The notes beneath the pieces are model-generated. The model had not been told where the DNA came from. It did no database searches and saw only the letters and a program-made list of their open reading frames with translations. Positions 54,477 through 64,000 of a DNA stretch of 64,000 bases are shown here, piece by piece (positions within the stretch are counted from its first letter, which is position 1; the number at the start of each line of letters is the position of its first letter). The position numbers were made by a program, and so were the translations under genes. Origin of the DNA: Candidatus Latescibacterota bacterium (GTDB taxonomy: Bacteria > Latescibacterota > UBA2968 > UBA8231); contig CBDCXV010000001.1 of NCBI GenBank assembly GCA_965223905.1, positions 288,001-352,000 on the forward strand. The letters run 5' to 3'.

Positions 54477-56159
54477 CTAAGTGAGTTGCGCCCTGCGTTG
54501 CTTATAGCGGTTGGTCAGGTGTTGCTGGGCGATTTGCAACACATTGAAGACGGTCCAATAAAGGACCAACCCGGAAGAAAACCTCCACATTATGAAAACC
54601 ATGACAACAGGCATGATATACACAAGGGCAGCCTGTTTCGGGTCTTTCATTGTCATTTTCGACTGGAAAAACATCGCCGCCGACATCAACAGGGGCAGGA
54701 TGTGGATGGAGATTCCGGCGATCATTACTTCATCGGGTAAGGACAGGTCATCGATCCACAGAATGAACGGGGACTGCCTGAGTTCGATAGTGCTACTGAA
54801 GGTTTGATAGAGAGCGATGAATATCGGCATTTGCAGGAGGAGGGGGAGACAGCCACCCAGCGGATTCACTCCTTCATCGCGATAAAGTTTCATCGTCTCC
54901 CGGCTGAGGCGTTGATTGTCGTTTTTGAATTTTTCCTTGAGCGCTGCCACTTTTGGCTGCAACTCCTGCATCTTCGATGCCGATTCGTACGACTTGTGGG
55001 TCAGGGGATAGACGAGGATCTTGACAACAACTGCGAACAGAACGATCACCCAGCCGTAGTTGGGGATGACTTGGTAGGCGGCGACGAACAGAACGATCAG
55101 CACCTTGCTGATTTCACGCACAATCGGGAAGCCGAGATCCATCGCCCGCTCCAGTTCGGCTTCGTAAAGGATCAACTCCTCGTAGTCGAGCGGGCCAATA
55201 TAAAGCAATCCATCCCAGGTACCGGAAGGCGACAGCCTGAATCCGACCCGGTAATCGAATTCGGGAACGGGAACCGCAAAGCGAGCCTCGAGCTCTACGA
55301 TGTATCGGCTCGGTGTGGTCGGTGCTATGCTGGCCATGAAGTATTTGTTCCGCACTCCCGCCCAGCGAAGCGAACCCTTCTCGGCCCAGCTTTCCGGTTC
55401 TCCTGCTTCCGCACGCAAGTCATTCAGGCTTTCGTTCAAATAGGCCATCGCCTGCATCGACTCCAGATCGACATGCTCTGCTCTTTCCGCAATGGCGATT
55501 CCTCCCTCCCAGACAAAATAGGCAAAGGTCTGCTCATCGAATCCGGAGTAGGATAGCTCCATCTGTAGGCCATAGTGCTCGGCATCGAAGCGAAAGCGCT
55601 TCTCGACGAAGCGTCCATTTCCAAGATTTGCTCGCATTTGCAGGTTGCCGCTCGATCCGGATTCCAGAAAGAGTGATTCCGTACTGGGAACAAACTCCAC
55701 TTCACTCAGATCCTGCACTATATGGCCGTTCTCATCCCTGAACTCTAGGGCTAGAGCACGTGGAGCCTCGGGCATCAACTCCAATATCTCCCCCTCATGT
55801 CGCTGATACTGGGGCAGTTTGACTGATGTAAGAACTCCTCCGGCAGTAGAAAAAGTCAGTTCCTGCAGTGGAGTGCGTACTGAAATCTCCCGCGCTGAGA
55901 ATACACCCGGAGAGGAAACATCCGGCAGTTGGGACGTTGGCGCCTTCGCTTCGGTGAATTGTTCGGGCTCGGATGAAGGTGGAGACGGAATCTCGTCGAC
56001 GACTTCCTGCCGGCTGGACTGCGGTTCGGCAACTTGGTCCGCCTCGGAAACGGTATCCTGGGGGGGTGGTGTCAGGCCCATCCACTCATAGTAGTAGGGC
56101 ATCAGGAGAAAAATGAGCCCGATCAGCAGGAAAGCCAGCAGCGTGCGTTTGTCGCCCAT
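54477..56159 (-). CDS. yidC: Membrane protein insertase YidC
   Basis: NYGWVIV, GVNPLGGCLPLLLQMP, LWIDDLS, SGLVLYW. Confidence 0.97.
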   Translation of the reverse strand: MGDKRTLLAFLLIGLIFLLMPYYYEWMGLTPPPQDTVSEADQVAEPQSSRQEVVDEIPSPPSSEPEQFTEAKAPTSQLPDVSSPGVFSAREISVRTPLQELTFSTAGGVLTSVKLPQYQRHEGEILELMPEAPRALALEFRDENGHIVQDLSEVEFVPSTESLFLESGSSGNLQMRANLGNGRFVEKRFRFDAEHYGLQMELSYSGFDEQTFAYFVWEGGIAIAERAEHVDLESMQAMAYLNESLNDLRAEAGEPESWAEKGSLRWAGVRNKYFMASIAPTTPSRYIVELEARFAVPVPEFDYRVGFRLSPSGTWDGLLYIGPLDYEELILYEAELERAMDLGFPIVREISKVLIVLFVAAYQVIPNYGWVIVLFAVVVKILVYPLTHKSYESASKMQELQPKVAALKEKFKNDNQRLSRETMKLYRDEGVNPLGGCLPLLLQMPIFIALYQTFSSTIELRQSPFILWIDDLSLPDEVMIAGISIHILPLLMSAAMFFQSKMTMKDPKQAALVYIMPVVMVFIMWRFSSGLVLYWTVFNVLQIAQQHLTNRYKQRRAQLT

Positions 56160-56171
56160 CGATGTGTTGCC

Positions 56172-56381
56172 TTACTCTACGGGGTCGTAACCACAGCCGC
56201 CCAACGGATGGCAGCGCAGCAGCCGCACCATCGCCTTGAATCCGCCACACAGACAACCGTGCTTGTCGACAGCTTGGGCGGCATATTCCGAGCAAGTCGG
56301 TTGAAACCTGCAGGCCGAGTAAGTGTATGGGGACAGGCAGAGCTGATACGCCCGAATGCAGACCACGAACAACCGGCGCAT
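56172..56381 (-). CDS. yidD: Membrane protein insertion efficiency factor
   Basis: CRFQPTCSEY, RCHP..GYDPV. Confidence 0.95.
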   Translation of the reverse strand: MRRLFVVCIRAYQLCLSPYTYSACRFQPTCSEYAAQAVDKHGCLCGGFKAMVRLLRCHPLGGCGYDPVE

Positions 56382-56639
56382 TCAGGACTGCTGGTCCATC
56401 TGGGTCAGAAGATCGTCCAGGTCAACCTCGAGATGACGGTATGTGGCGTTTACCGCTGAGGGTTGTGGGAAAATAACGACAGGGTGCGAAGGATTGGGGC
56501 GTTCGCGGCAGAGGGACCGCAGGCGTCGCTTGAGACGATTGCGAACTACGGCTTTCCCAAGCGACTTTCGAATTACGAGAATGACAGCAGCCTGCCGCCC
56601 GTGTCGCACCCACAGATACCGCCCTTTTAACCAGCTCAC
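56382..56639 (-). CDS. rnpA: RNase P protein component (short)
   Basis: KSLGKAVVRNRLKRRLR (RNR motif); position between rpmH and yidD; start uncertain. Confidence 0.85.
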   Translation of the reverse strand: MSWLKGRYLWVRHGRQAAVILVIRKSLGKAVVRNRLKRRLRSLCRERPNPSHPVVIFPQPSAVNATYRHLEVDLDDLLTQMDQQS

Positions 56640-56693
56640 GGTGCGACGATTCGGAATGGGTGTTCCCCCCCTGCGCGGAGTTTTGGGGGTAAT

Positions 56694-56828
56694 TCAGACG
56701 GTCAGTTGTTTGCGACCCTTGCGACGCCGGCGGTTGATGACAGCACGACCACCGGGAGTGCGCATGCGTTTCCGAAAGCCGTGCTTGTTTCGTCGCTTGC
56801 GGTTACTCGGTTGAAAGGTTCGTTTCAC
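56694..56828 (-). CDS. rpmH: 50S ribosomal protein L34 (44 aa; below the ORF-track length cutoff)
   Basis: GTG start, [44 protein letters not shown]. Confidence 0.98.
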   Translation of the reverse strand: MKRTFQPSNRKRRNKHGFRKRMRTPGGRAVINRRRRKGRKQLTV

Positions 56829-57121
56829 GGAGGACCCTGGAATGATTTGCGCGGAACCGGGTGTTGGTCAGTTATTGACTTTCATTCCAGGCATCGCGCT
56901 ATCGTGCGTAAAAGGTTGTCGCATTGAATTCTAAGAGGATCGGGACGAATAGACTATCTGTCAAATTTTTTGAATCCCGGGGGTCGGTCCTTCGGATCCG
57001 AGGTTATCAGACTGCGTCCTCAAACTCCGAGTGCTCCTCGACGGTCCGGTTTCTTGACGCCCTTTCTTGCTTTGTCTACCGTTGCGAACCCCTTTCTCTC
57101 CCGCTTCTGCATAAGAGAGTG

Positions 57122-58630
57122 ATGATCACCACCACATCGCAAGAAACCCACGAACTGTGGGCTCGTTGCCTGCTTAACATCGAGCGCCATATCCGCCCCC
57201 AAAGCTTCAACACCTGGTTTCGTCCCACAAAAGCGCTTCGTTTCGACGCCGAACTGCTTGAAATCGAAGTATCCAGCTCCTATTTCGCCGATTGGGTGGA
57301 AAGCAACTATTTGAAACTGATCCAGAGCGCTGTCAAGGAAGAAACGGACTTGGTTCCTCGCATCGTTTTCGCCATCGCCGATAACAACCCCAAGGAGCTG
57401 GAAAATGAGACCGTTTCTCCGGCCACGGCCGAGATGGCAGTCAAGAAGAACACCCAAATGGGAACGCAGGGAAACTTGTGGGACGACCGGGGGAAAGGGA
57501 AAACCGAACCCAGGAAACCTGGAATCGGTGAAACGGATACGAGTCGGGTCGAGGCCCGGGATTTGGCAGGAGAATGGACCCCCGGTCCATTTTTTACACC
57601 ACTAAACGAACGCTACACCTTCGACACTTTCGTCATTGGTGAGGGAAATCGCTTTGCACACGCAGCTGCATATTCCGTCGCCAAGTCGCCGGGAAAGACC
57701 CAATTCAACCCGCTGGTGATCTACGGCGGTGTCGGATTGGGAAAAACACATCTCCTCCAAGCCATTGGCCATTACGCTTTGTCTCAGGAAAGCAATCTGC
57801 GCGTCGCCTACGTGCCATCTGAAAAATTCATGAGCGACTTCATCGAGTCGCTCAAAGCCAGGAAGGCGGGAGAATTCCAGCGGCTCTATCGAAGTGCTGA
57901 CATGTTGCTGGTCGACGACATCCAGTTCCTCCTGAAAGGAGAGCATACACAGACAGAGTTCTTCCACACGTTCAACGCCCTGCACCAGAACGGGAAACAG
58001 ATCACCATGACCTGCGACAGCCCTCCTGGTGAACTACAGGGACTGGAAGAACGCCTTATTTCCCGGTTTCAGTGGGGGTTGGTCACAAGTATCGAGCCCC
58101 CCGATCTCGAAACGCGCATAGCCATTCTGCACAAGAAGGCCGAGATCAATGGCATCTACCTCACCGAGGAGGTTTCTACCTTTCTGGGGAACTACATCAG
58201 CACAAACATCCGGGAGCTGGAAGGTGCTCTGAACCACATCATGGCCTATTGTGCTGTAAATCACCAGGAATTGAACATCGAAGCTGCCCGCAAGATCGTT
58301 AAGGAACGGGTATCGGCCGAATCGACGCATCTGACCATTGAAAGTATCCAACGAATGGTCGCCGAACACTTCGATCTCACCCCCGAATTGCTGATTGGAA
58401 AAACCAGGAAACAGGAGATTGCCGTTCCCCGACAGATCGCAATGTATTTGGCCAAGAAGTTGACGAAAAGCTCTCTCAAGGTTGTCGGCCTTCATTTCGG
58501 AAATCGTGATCACAGTACAGTTATCCATGCCGTCAGAGCGGTTGACAGAAAACGTCATCAAGATCCGAGTCTTTCCCACTTGGTCGAATCCCTTTCAGAA
58601 TCCATCCAGCAACGCCATTCCAGACCGTAA
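57122..58630 (+). CDS. dnaA: Chromosomal replication initiator DnaA
   Basis: YTFDTFV, GGVGLGKTHL, DDIQF, EFFHTFN, RDHSTV. Confidence 0.98.
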   Translation: MITTTSQETHELWARCLLNIERHIRPQSFNTWFRPTKALRFDAELLEIEVSSSYFADWVESNYLKLIQSAVKEETDLVPRIVFAIADNNPKELENETVSPATAEMAVKKNTQMGTQGNLWDDRGKGKTEPRKPGIGETDTSRVEARDLAGEWTPGPFFTPLNERYTFDTFVIGEGNRFAHAAAYSVAKSPGKTQFNPLVIYGGVGLGKTHLLQAIGHYALSQESNLRVAYVPSEKFMSDFIESLKARKAGEFQRLYRSADMLLVDDIQFLLKGEHTQTEFFHTFNALHQNGKQITMTCDSPPGELQGLEERLISRFQWGLVTSIEPPDLETRIAILHKKAEINGIYLTEEVSTFLGNYISTNIRELEGALNHIMAYCAVNHQELNIEAARKIVKERVSAESTHLTIESIQRMVAEHFDLTPELLIGKTRKQEIAVPRQIAMYLAKKLTKSSLKVVGLHFGNRDHSTVIHAVRAVDRKRHQDPSLSHLVESLSESIQQRHSRP

Positions 58631-58649
58631 TATTCCGCCTGATTCTCCT

Positions 58650-58945
58650 GAATTACCCACACGAGTTATCCACAAATAAGGTGGATAACTCGTGTTTGTT
58701 TTGGGAAGCTGGTGGAGTCGAAATGTGACCCGCCCCGGACATGTTGACGAAGGGTTCGTATCCACAGAACCGGCATCGCCTATTCACACTTCGAACGCCG
58801 TGTTGTTTTTTTGTAAATCGTTAATAATCAATATGTTAGAATATTTCACCCTTTTTTAAGCACGGGTTGATCCACTATCCACAGCTACGACAATAAGTAC
58901 AATGGATAATACTAATAAAGTTGATTCGACTCCTTATTACTGGAT
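58650..58945. other. oriC core: DnaA boxes, AT-rich tract and DnaA-trio-like repeats
   Basis: TTACCCACA 58653, TTATCCACA 58666, GGTGGATAA 58680, GTATCCACA 58758, CTATTCACA 58780, CTATCCACA 58875, followed by TAC GAC AAT AAG TAC AAT..GAT AAT. Confidence 0.85.
58659..58702 (+). terminator. Probable intrinsic terminator of dnaA made from inverted DnaA boxes
   Basis: 15-bp perfect inverted repeat ACACGAGTTATCCAC / GTGGATAACTCGTGT, 7-nt loop, then TTGTTTT. Confidence 0.55.
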
Positions 58946-59052
58946 GTGAATCTGCCCATCCCAAGCTCGGGGCCCTACGTGCCAATATAGAGTGAGACAT
59001 TTTCCCATCGGAGTTTAGAGTAGTCAGGAGGGCGGAAAGGAGAGCATTGAGG

Positions 59053-59507
59053 ATGGCTTCCCGTACTGGAAGGGCGGAGCGAACTCCGGCACCTGTTGAA
59101 GAGTCCTCCCCAGAGGTTCCTCGTCCCGATCCGGAAGTGCCAGACAGAGAGCCAAGCGTCGGTATTTCAGTGCCCAGTATAAGCTTCGGGTACTGGAAGA
59201 AGCCGATGCCTGCCGGGCACCCGGGGAGGTAGGCGCCTTACTGCGTCGCGAAGGCCTGTATTCCTCGCAGCTGACCGCCTGGCGGCGGGCACGCCGGGAA
59301 GGTTCGCTGCAGGCGTTGGCCAAGCCGCGCGGTCCCCAAGGCCGTCGTCGGGACCCGGTGGCCAGCGACAACGAGCGCTTGCGCAAGGAGAACGCCCGTC
59401 TGCGGGGGCGTCTGGAGCAGGTCCAGGCGATCCTCGAGATCCAAAAAAAAGCCTCCGAGATCCTGGGCATCCCCCTGAACCGGCCCGCCAACGGCGACGA
59501 CGCATGA
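59053..59507 (+). pseudogene. IS3 OrfA transposase, frameshifted near 59148
   Basis: PDPEVPDR then, in another frame, AKRRYFSAQYKLRVL..LLRREGLYSSQL..ILEIQKKASEILG. Confidence 0.8.
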
Positions 59508-60520
59508 GCGCGGCGGTCGAACAGTTGGCGACCACGGTCGGGGTGGCCCCGGCGTGCCGCGCCCTGGGGGTGGCCCGCGCCTCGGTCTATCGGCACCGCA
59601 CCCCCCTCCGCTGCCGCGCCGGGACGCGCCGCCGCGGCGCTCGCCTCGCGCCCTGTCGCCGGCGGAGCGCGCCCACGTGCTGGCCCACCCTGCACGAGGA
59701 CCGTTTCGTCGACCAAGCCCCGGCCGCCGTGTACGCGAGCCTGCTGGAGGAAGGACGCTACCTGTGCTCCCAACGCACGATGTATCGTCTGCTGCACGGC
59801 GCCGGCGAGGTAGGGGAACGCCGCCGCCAGCGCCGCCACCCTCGGGCCGAACCGCCGCGGCTGGTGGCTACGGCCCCCAACCAGGTCTGGACATGGGACA
59901 TCACCCGCCTGGCGGGGCCGCGCCGATGGGAGACGTACCCGCTCTACGTGGTGCTCGATCTGTTCTCCCGCTACGTCGTCGCCTGGATGGTGGCCACCCG
60001 GGAAAGCGCCGGCCGCGCCCAACGCCTGATCCGGGCCGCCTGCCACAAGCAGGACATCGAGCCGGGGCAGCTGACCCTGCACCAGGATAGGGGCGCCCCG
60101 AGGACGGCCAAGACCTTCTCGCAGCTGCTGGTCGATCTCGAGATCCTGGCCAGCTACAGCCGCCCGCCAACCGCCGACGACAACCCCTATTCGGAAAGCC
60201 AGTTCAAGACGGTGAAATACGCACCGACGTACCCGGGCCGCTTTGCCGACCCGGAGCAGGCGCGAACCTATTTGCGCTCGTTCTTTCTGTGGTACAACAC
60301 CCAGCATCGTCCTAGTGGACTGGGCCTGCTGACCCCGGAGGCAGTACATCAGGGGCGCGCCGAGAAGCTCCAGTCAGCGCGGCAACGCATCCTCGAGGAT
60401 GCCTACACACGACATCCCGAGCGCTTTGTAAAGGGTCCTCCTAAGGCGCCGAAAATACCGGCCGAAGTGTGGATCAACCCACCTCCGAAAACCGTCGAAT
60501 GTGCACGGATAAAACAGTAA
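59504..60520 (+). CDS. IS3 OrfB DDE integrase-type transposase (compensating frameshifts near 59600-59690)
   Basis: PNQVWTWDIT, LDLFSRYVV, HQDRG, DNPYSESQFKTVKY; ATGA overlap with OrfA. Confidence 0.88.
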   Translation: MSAAVEQLATTVGVAPACRALGVARASVYRHRTPLRCRAGTRRRGARLAPCRRRSAPTCWPTLHEDRFVDQAPAAVYASLLEEGRYLCSQRTMYRLLHGAGEVGERRRQRRHPRAEPPRLVATAPNQVWTWDITRLAGPRRWETYPLYVVLDLFSRYVVAWMVATRESAGRAQRLIRAACHKQDIEPGQLTLHQDRGAPRTAKTFSQLLVDLEILASYSRPPTADDNPYSESQFKTVKYAPTYPGRFADPEQARTYLRSFFLWYNTQHRPSGLGLLTPEAVHQGRAEKLQSARQRILEDAYTRHPERFVKGPPKAPKIPAEVWINPPPKTVECARIKQ

Positions 60521-60695
60521 ACTTTCACGCGAAGTGTCTCATTTACATTGACACGTTCCGGGGTTCTCGATTGCGGACAACATACACATACGTGTCAGTG
60601 AACACGTGGGTAAGCATAAATAAATATGAGCTTACTCACTGTTAATACTACTCTTAGGGGTGGTTTTCCCTGCGTTTCCGGTCCCTTCCAATCGG

Positions 60696-60724
60696 TTGAC
60701 AGCATATCCTATGGCACATATTAT
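60696..60724 (+). promoter_or_regulatory. Sigma70 promoter upstream of dnaN
   Basis: TTGACA-17 nt-TATTAT. Confidence 0.65.
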
Positions 60725-60805
60725 AATTGACTAGGTATAAGCAACCTGCCCCATTTCGTCGCAAATCCCCTCCTGCTTAAACCATCTCACAGTGCGGAAT
60801 TCTCG

Positions 60806-61963
60806 ATGAAGCTGACAATCGAACGCAGTGATATATGGCGAGGAATCGACACCATTCTCGATGCTGTCGCTTCCAAGCCAGCGCAGCCGGTTCTGTCAAA
60901 CATTCTTGTTGAAGCCGAGGAAGACCGACTGACACTCTCTTCTTCAGATCTCGATCTGTCGATGCGTACCCGCATTCAAGCCAACGTAGAGCATCCCGGC
61001 AGAATAACTGTGCCCGCTCGAACATTTGCTGAAATTGCAAGAGAGTGGCCGGAGGCCCAACTATCCCTTTCGATGGATAACGGAAGGTTGGTGATATCCG
61101 GTCCTTTGGGTGAACCAGACAGCGGTGAGGGGAGGTACGTCCTGGCAACATCGCCCCCCGATGAATTTCCTGAAATCCCGGAAACACTTGACGGATTGAC
61201 GATCGACTTCGGCAATGGCGGCATGGGCCAGTTGCTCCAATCGATGATCGACAAAACCAGTTTCGCGGTCTCGCGGGACGAGACGCGACCGGTTCTCAAC
61301 GGCGTTCTATGGCGGATGGAGTCCGATTTCATGGCTATGGCCGCCACCGATGGAAGTCGCTTGGCTGAATACCGGCACTACTGGGGGGAGGGAGTCGGTA
61401 CGGCGGGAGCTGCGGAGGTTATCTTACCTCCTCAGCTTTGCAGTCAGCTCACAAAGCTTCTCGATGGGCCTGAAGAGATCGTGCGTGCCATCGTAGGGGA
61501 AAACCAGGTGCTGTTCGATCTCGGTAGCACACAGGTACTGTCCCGTCTCATCGAGGGTCCATACGTCGACTACGAACAAGTGGTTCCGCGGGAAAACGAC
61601 AAGCGATTGAGTGTCGCCGTGGACCGTCTGCTTCCAGCGGTCCGAAGAGTTTCGATTCTCTCGAGCAGTTTTACCCACCAAGTGCGACTGGCGCTGGACG
61701 GTAACACTCTCGAACTCACCGCCTCGAGCCAGGAAGTAGGAGGCGAGGGTCGCGAAGTCATACCGGCTGACTACGGGGAAGAGGCCCTGGAAGTTGCATA
61801 CAACTCCCGTTACCTGATGGAAATCTTGCGGAAACTCGACACCGCCAGCGTCGTAATCGAACTACGCGATTCAGTAACTGCGGCGGTCCTGCGGCCTGGA
61901 GAATTGCCCGAGGGGGATGAATTCTACTATCTGCTTATGCCGATGAGACCAGCGGGATCCTAG
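60806..61963 (+). CDS. dnaN: DNA polymerase III beta clamp
   Basis: DETRPVLNG, ATDGSRLA, RLIEGPYVDY, LLMPMR. Confidence 0.98.
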   Translation: MKLTIERSDIWRGIDTILDAVASKPAQPVLSNILVEAEEDRLTLSSSDLDLSMRTRIQANVEHPGRITVPARTFAEIAREWPEAQLSLSMDNGRLVISGPLGEPDSGEGRYVLATSPPDEFPEIPETLDGLTIDFGNGGMGQLLQSMIDKTSFAVSRDETRPVLNGVLWRMESDFMAMAATDGSRLAEYRHYWGEGVGTAGAAEVILPPQLCSQLTKLLDGPEEIVRAIVGENQVLFDLGSTQVLSRLIEGPYVDYEQVVPRENDKRLSVAVDRLLPAVRRVSILSSSFTHQVRLALDGNTLELTASSQEVGGEGREVIPADYGEEALEVAYNSRYLMEILRKLDTASVVIELRDSVTAAVLRPGELPEGDEFYYLLMPMRPAGS

Positions 61964-61990
61964 GTACCATGCCAATAAACGGCGAATCCC

Positions 61991-63103
61991 GTGCATATTC
62001 GCGAGCTGACGCTTCAGCCGTTTCGCAATCTCAAGAATACGCGATTGCAGTTGGCACCGGAAGGCGTTCTGATCGTTGCACCCAACGGCAAAGGCAAGAG
62101 CAATGTTCTGGAGGCGATCTCCTTTTTGTCGATCGGGAAATCGGTGCGTGGGGTTCGCGACCGAGAGGCAGTACCGCATGGCGGCAAGCAGTTCGACATC
62201 CGTGCCGTATGGCATGACGGGAGAAGGGAGCGGGAGGTACGGTTGTGCTATTTTCACGACTTGGGCAAACGTGTTTTTCTGGATGGTGCCCCGCTCGATC
62301 GCGTATCCGATCTGGTGTCGCTCTTTCAAACCGTTCATTTCTGTCCCGAAGATGTAACGCTGGTCCTCCGCTTTGCCGCTCAGCGCAGGCGCCTGCTCGA
62401 CATTGTCATTTCGCAGTCCGACCCGGCGTATCTGCATGATTTGCAGAGGTTTCACCGCGCTCTATCCCAGCGGAACCGATGTCTCAAGCGTTGGCTGCCG
62501 GCGGTCGAATCTCGACGCGAACTGGAACCTTGGGATGTCCAGATCGTCCGGTTCGGAGGATCGCTCAGACGACAGCGCCTCGGGGTTTTGCTTGAGTTCC
62601 AGCCTCTGTTGACAAACTACTACGCCCGGTTTTCGACCGGACGCGAGGCATTGAACGTAGCATACAGCGGCACCACGGACATTGCTCTCGATTCTGACGG
62701 TCTGCCGACGGAAGAAGAGCTGTGCGTGGAGCTTCAGGGGGAACTCGAACAGGCACGAGAACGGGAGCGCCAATCCGGTCACACTCTGTGTGGTCCCCAT
62801 CGTGACGTGATCTCGTTCGAACTGAATGGTGAACCTGCGGAAACATTTGCTTCTCAGGGACAGCGAAAGAGCCTGCTGATTGCCTGGAAGATGGCTGAGT
62901 TGCGCTTCCTGGAAGCACGAAACGGACAAAAACCGGTGTTGCTTCTTGACGATATGTTTTCCGAACTCGACGGGGAACGAACAAGGGAATTATTGAATCT
63001 CGTGACTGATTTCGATCAGGTTGTTATTACAGCTCCCAAATCCCCGCAGGAAGAGCTGCCGGCCAGTTTCACCGAGATACCCCTGACAGATGATCCCGTT
63101 TGA
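61991..63103 (+). CDS. recF: DNA replication and repair protein RecF
   Basis: PNGKGKSNVLEAI, GPHRD, SQGQ, LLLDDMFSELD. Confidence 0.97.
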   Translation: MHIRELTLQPFRNLKNTRLQLAPEGVLIVAPNGKGKSNVLEAISFLSIGKSVRGVRDREAVPHGGKQFDIRAVWHDGRREREVRLCYFHDLGKRVFLDGAPLDRVSDLVSLFQTVHFCPEDVTLVLRFAAQRRRLLDIVISQSDPAYLHDLQRFHRALSQRNRCLKRWLPAVESRRELEPWDVQIVRFGGSLRRQRLGVLLEFQPLLTNYYARFSTGREALNVAYSGTTDIALDSDGLPTEEELCVELQGELEQARERERQSGHTLCGPHRDVISFELNGEPAETFASQGQRKSLLIAWKMAELRFLEARNGQKPVLLLDDMFSELDGERTRELLNLVTDFDQVVITAPKSPQEELPASFTEIPLTDDPV

Positions 63104-63443
63104 GCCAAGGGATCGCGGCGACGCCGGAAACGGTGTTTACCCTGAAGCGATTGGCAAATTGCTCGGGACCGCCCTGGCAGAACTGGGTATTGAGGAGAAA
63201 TTGATGGAGTGTCAGGCCATACTGGCCTGGGAAAAGGTGGCCAAATCACCTTTGGACCACCACGCGAAGCCCCTGCGAATGCGCCGTGGACGGCTGGAGC
63301 TGGCGGTGCCTTCCCCAATCTGGCGCACCCAGTTGTCCTTTCTGAAAGAGGACATGAAAAGGCAGATCAACATCTGGGTCGGCTCTAATGTCGTGCGTGA
63401 GATCGTCCTCATCAACAGCCCCATTCCACTGATCAATAACTGA
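63090..63443 (+). CDS. DciA / DUF721 helicase-operating protein
   Basis: AWEKVA..L.V.SPIWRTQLSF; position between recF and gyrB. Confidence 0.85.
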   Translation: MIPFEPRDRGDAGNGVYPEAIGKLLGTALAELGIEEKLMECQAILAWEKVAKSPLDHHAKPLRMRRGRLELAVPSPIWRTQLSFLKEDMKRQINIWVGSNVVREIVLINSPIPLINN

Positions 63444-63464
63444 ATCCGTGAGGTAGTCATCCAC

Positions 63465-64000
63465 ATGTCTCAACCGCAGACGGCCACGTACACAACCGAT
63501 GCCATCCAGGTTCTCAAGGGGCTCGAGGGGGTGCGCAAGCGGCCGGCTATGTACATCGGTGATACAGGGGAAAACGGCCTGCACGAGCTGGTCAAGGAGA
63601 TTGTCAACAACAGCGTCGACGAGGCGATGGCCGGACGCTGTTCGCGGATTGAAGTCACATTGCGGGCGGACGGCAGTGTCGTGATACAGGACAACGGCCA
63701 CGGGATTCCAGTCGGTATGCATCCTGTCGAAAACAAGCCTGGCGTCGAGGTAGTGATGACGATGTTGCACGCAGGGGGAAAGTTCGACAAGAAAGCCTAC
63801 CAGGTGTCGGGAGGTTTGCACGGTGTCGGAGCTTCCGTGGTCAACGCCCTGTCGGAGTGGATGGTGGTCGAGGTATGGCAAGAAGGGCAGATCCATCGCC
63901 AGCGCTACGAAAGGGGAGTCCCGACAACGGAGCTGGAGACGTGTGGCGCGACCGGGCAAACGGGTACGATCACCCACTTCAAACCGGACCCGGAGATTTT
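63465..64000 (+). CDS. gyrB: DNA gyrase subunit B (5' part, runs off the window)
   Basis: [49 protein letters not shown]. Confidence 0.97.
   Translation, partial: MSQPQTATYTTDAIQVLKGLEGVRKRPAMYIGDTGENGLHELVKEIVNNSVDEAMAGRCSRIEVTLRADGSVVIQDNGHGIPVGMHPVENKPGVEVVMTMLHAGGKFDKKAYQVSGGLHGVGASVVNALSEWMVVEVWQEGQIHRQRYERGVPTTELETCGATGQTGTITHFKPDPEI

Larger units (their letters stand above)
58973..60560 (+). mobile_element. IS3-family insertion sequence in the dnaA-dnaN intergenic region
   Basis: Imperfect terminal IRs (CCCTACGTGCCAATATAGAGTGAGACA / TGTCTCATTTACATTGACACGTTCCG), GGG on both flanks, GC-rich interior, OrfA and OrfB. Confidence 0.9.

Noticed and set aside
56694-56696. Selenocysteine recoding of the rpmH TGA
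   Set aside because: L34 ends at its normal C-terminus, there is no Cys-homologue logic, and the downstream hairpin is not a convincing SECIS

Overview
GC-rich bacterial chromosome segment that contains the replication origin. The lineage is an inference from gene content and the C-terminal TWGxIK motif: probably Latescibacterota/Gemmatimonadota-like, possibly a sponge symbiont. 1-13 kb holds accessory catabolic genes plus hemF, mntR-like and gap. 13-21 kb is a minus-strand translation cluster (ispE, tRNA-Gln, rplY, pth, hppA, rpsF, DUF2232, rplI, tRNA-Sec). 21-39 kb is a plus-strand envelope block (giant TPR protein, sigma54 activator, DegP, PepP), a full ccmE-F-H-I-X-A-B-C-D cytochrome c maturation operon, two DUF151-UVR paralogues and a dihaem cytochrome. 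39-57 kb holds sucDC, a decayed IS630, frdABCD, rpmA, rplU, rne/rng, an S41 protease, tmk, rsmG, two parS sites, mnmE, yidC, yidD, rnpA and rpmH. 57-64 kb is dnaA-oriC-dnaN-recF-dciA-gyrB, with an IS3-family element inserted in the oriC intergenic region. The best novelty candidate is an unannotated ~350-400 nt non-coding transcript behind a sigma54 promoter downstream of sucD. It is built of hairpins separated by CAGCA/ARN-type repeats, resembling a CrcZ-like protein-sponge RNA. Several frameshifts, two of them in homopolymers, may be long-read assembly errors.
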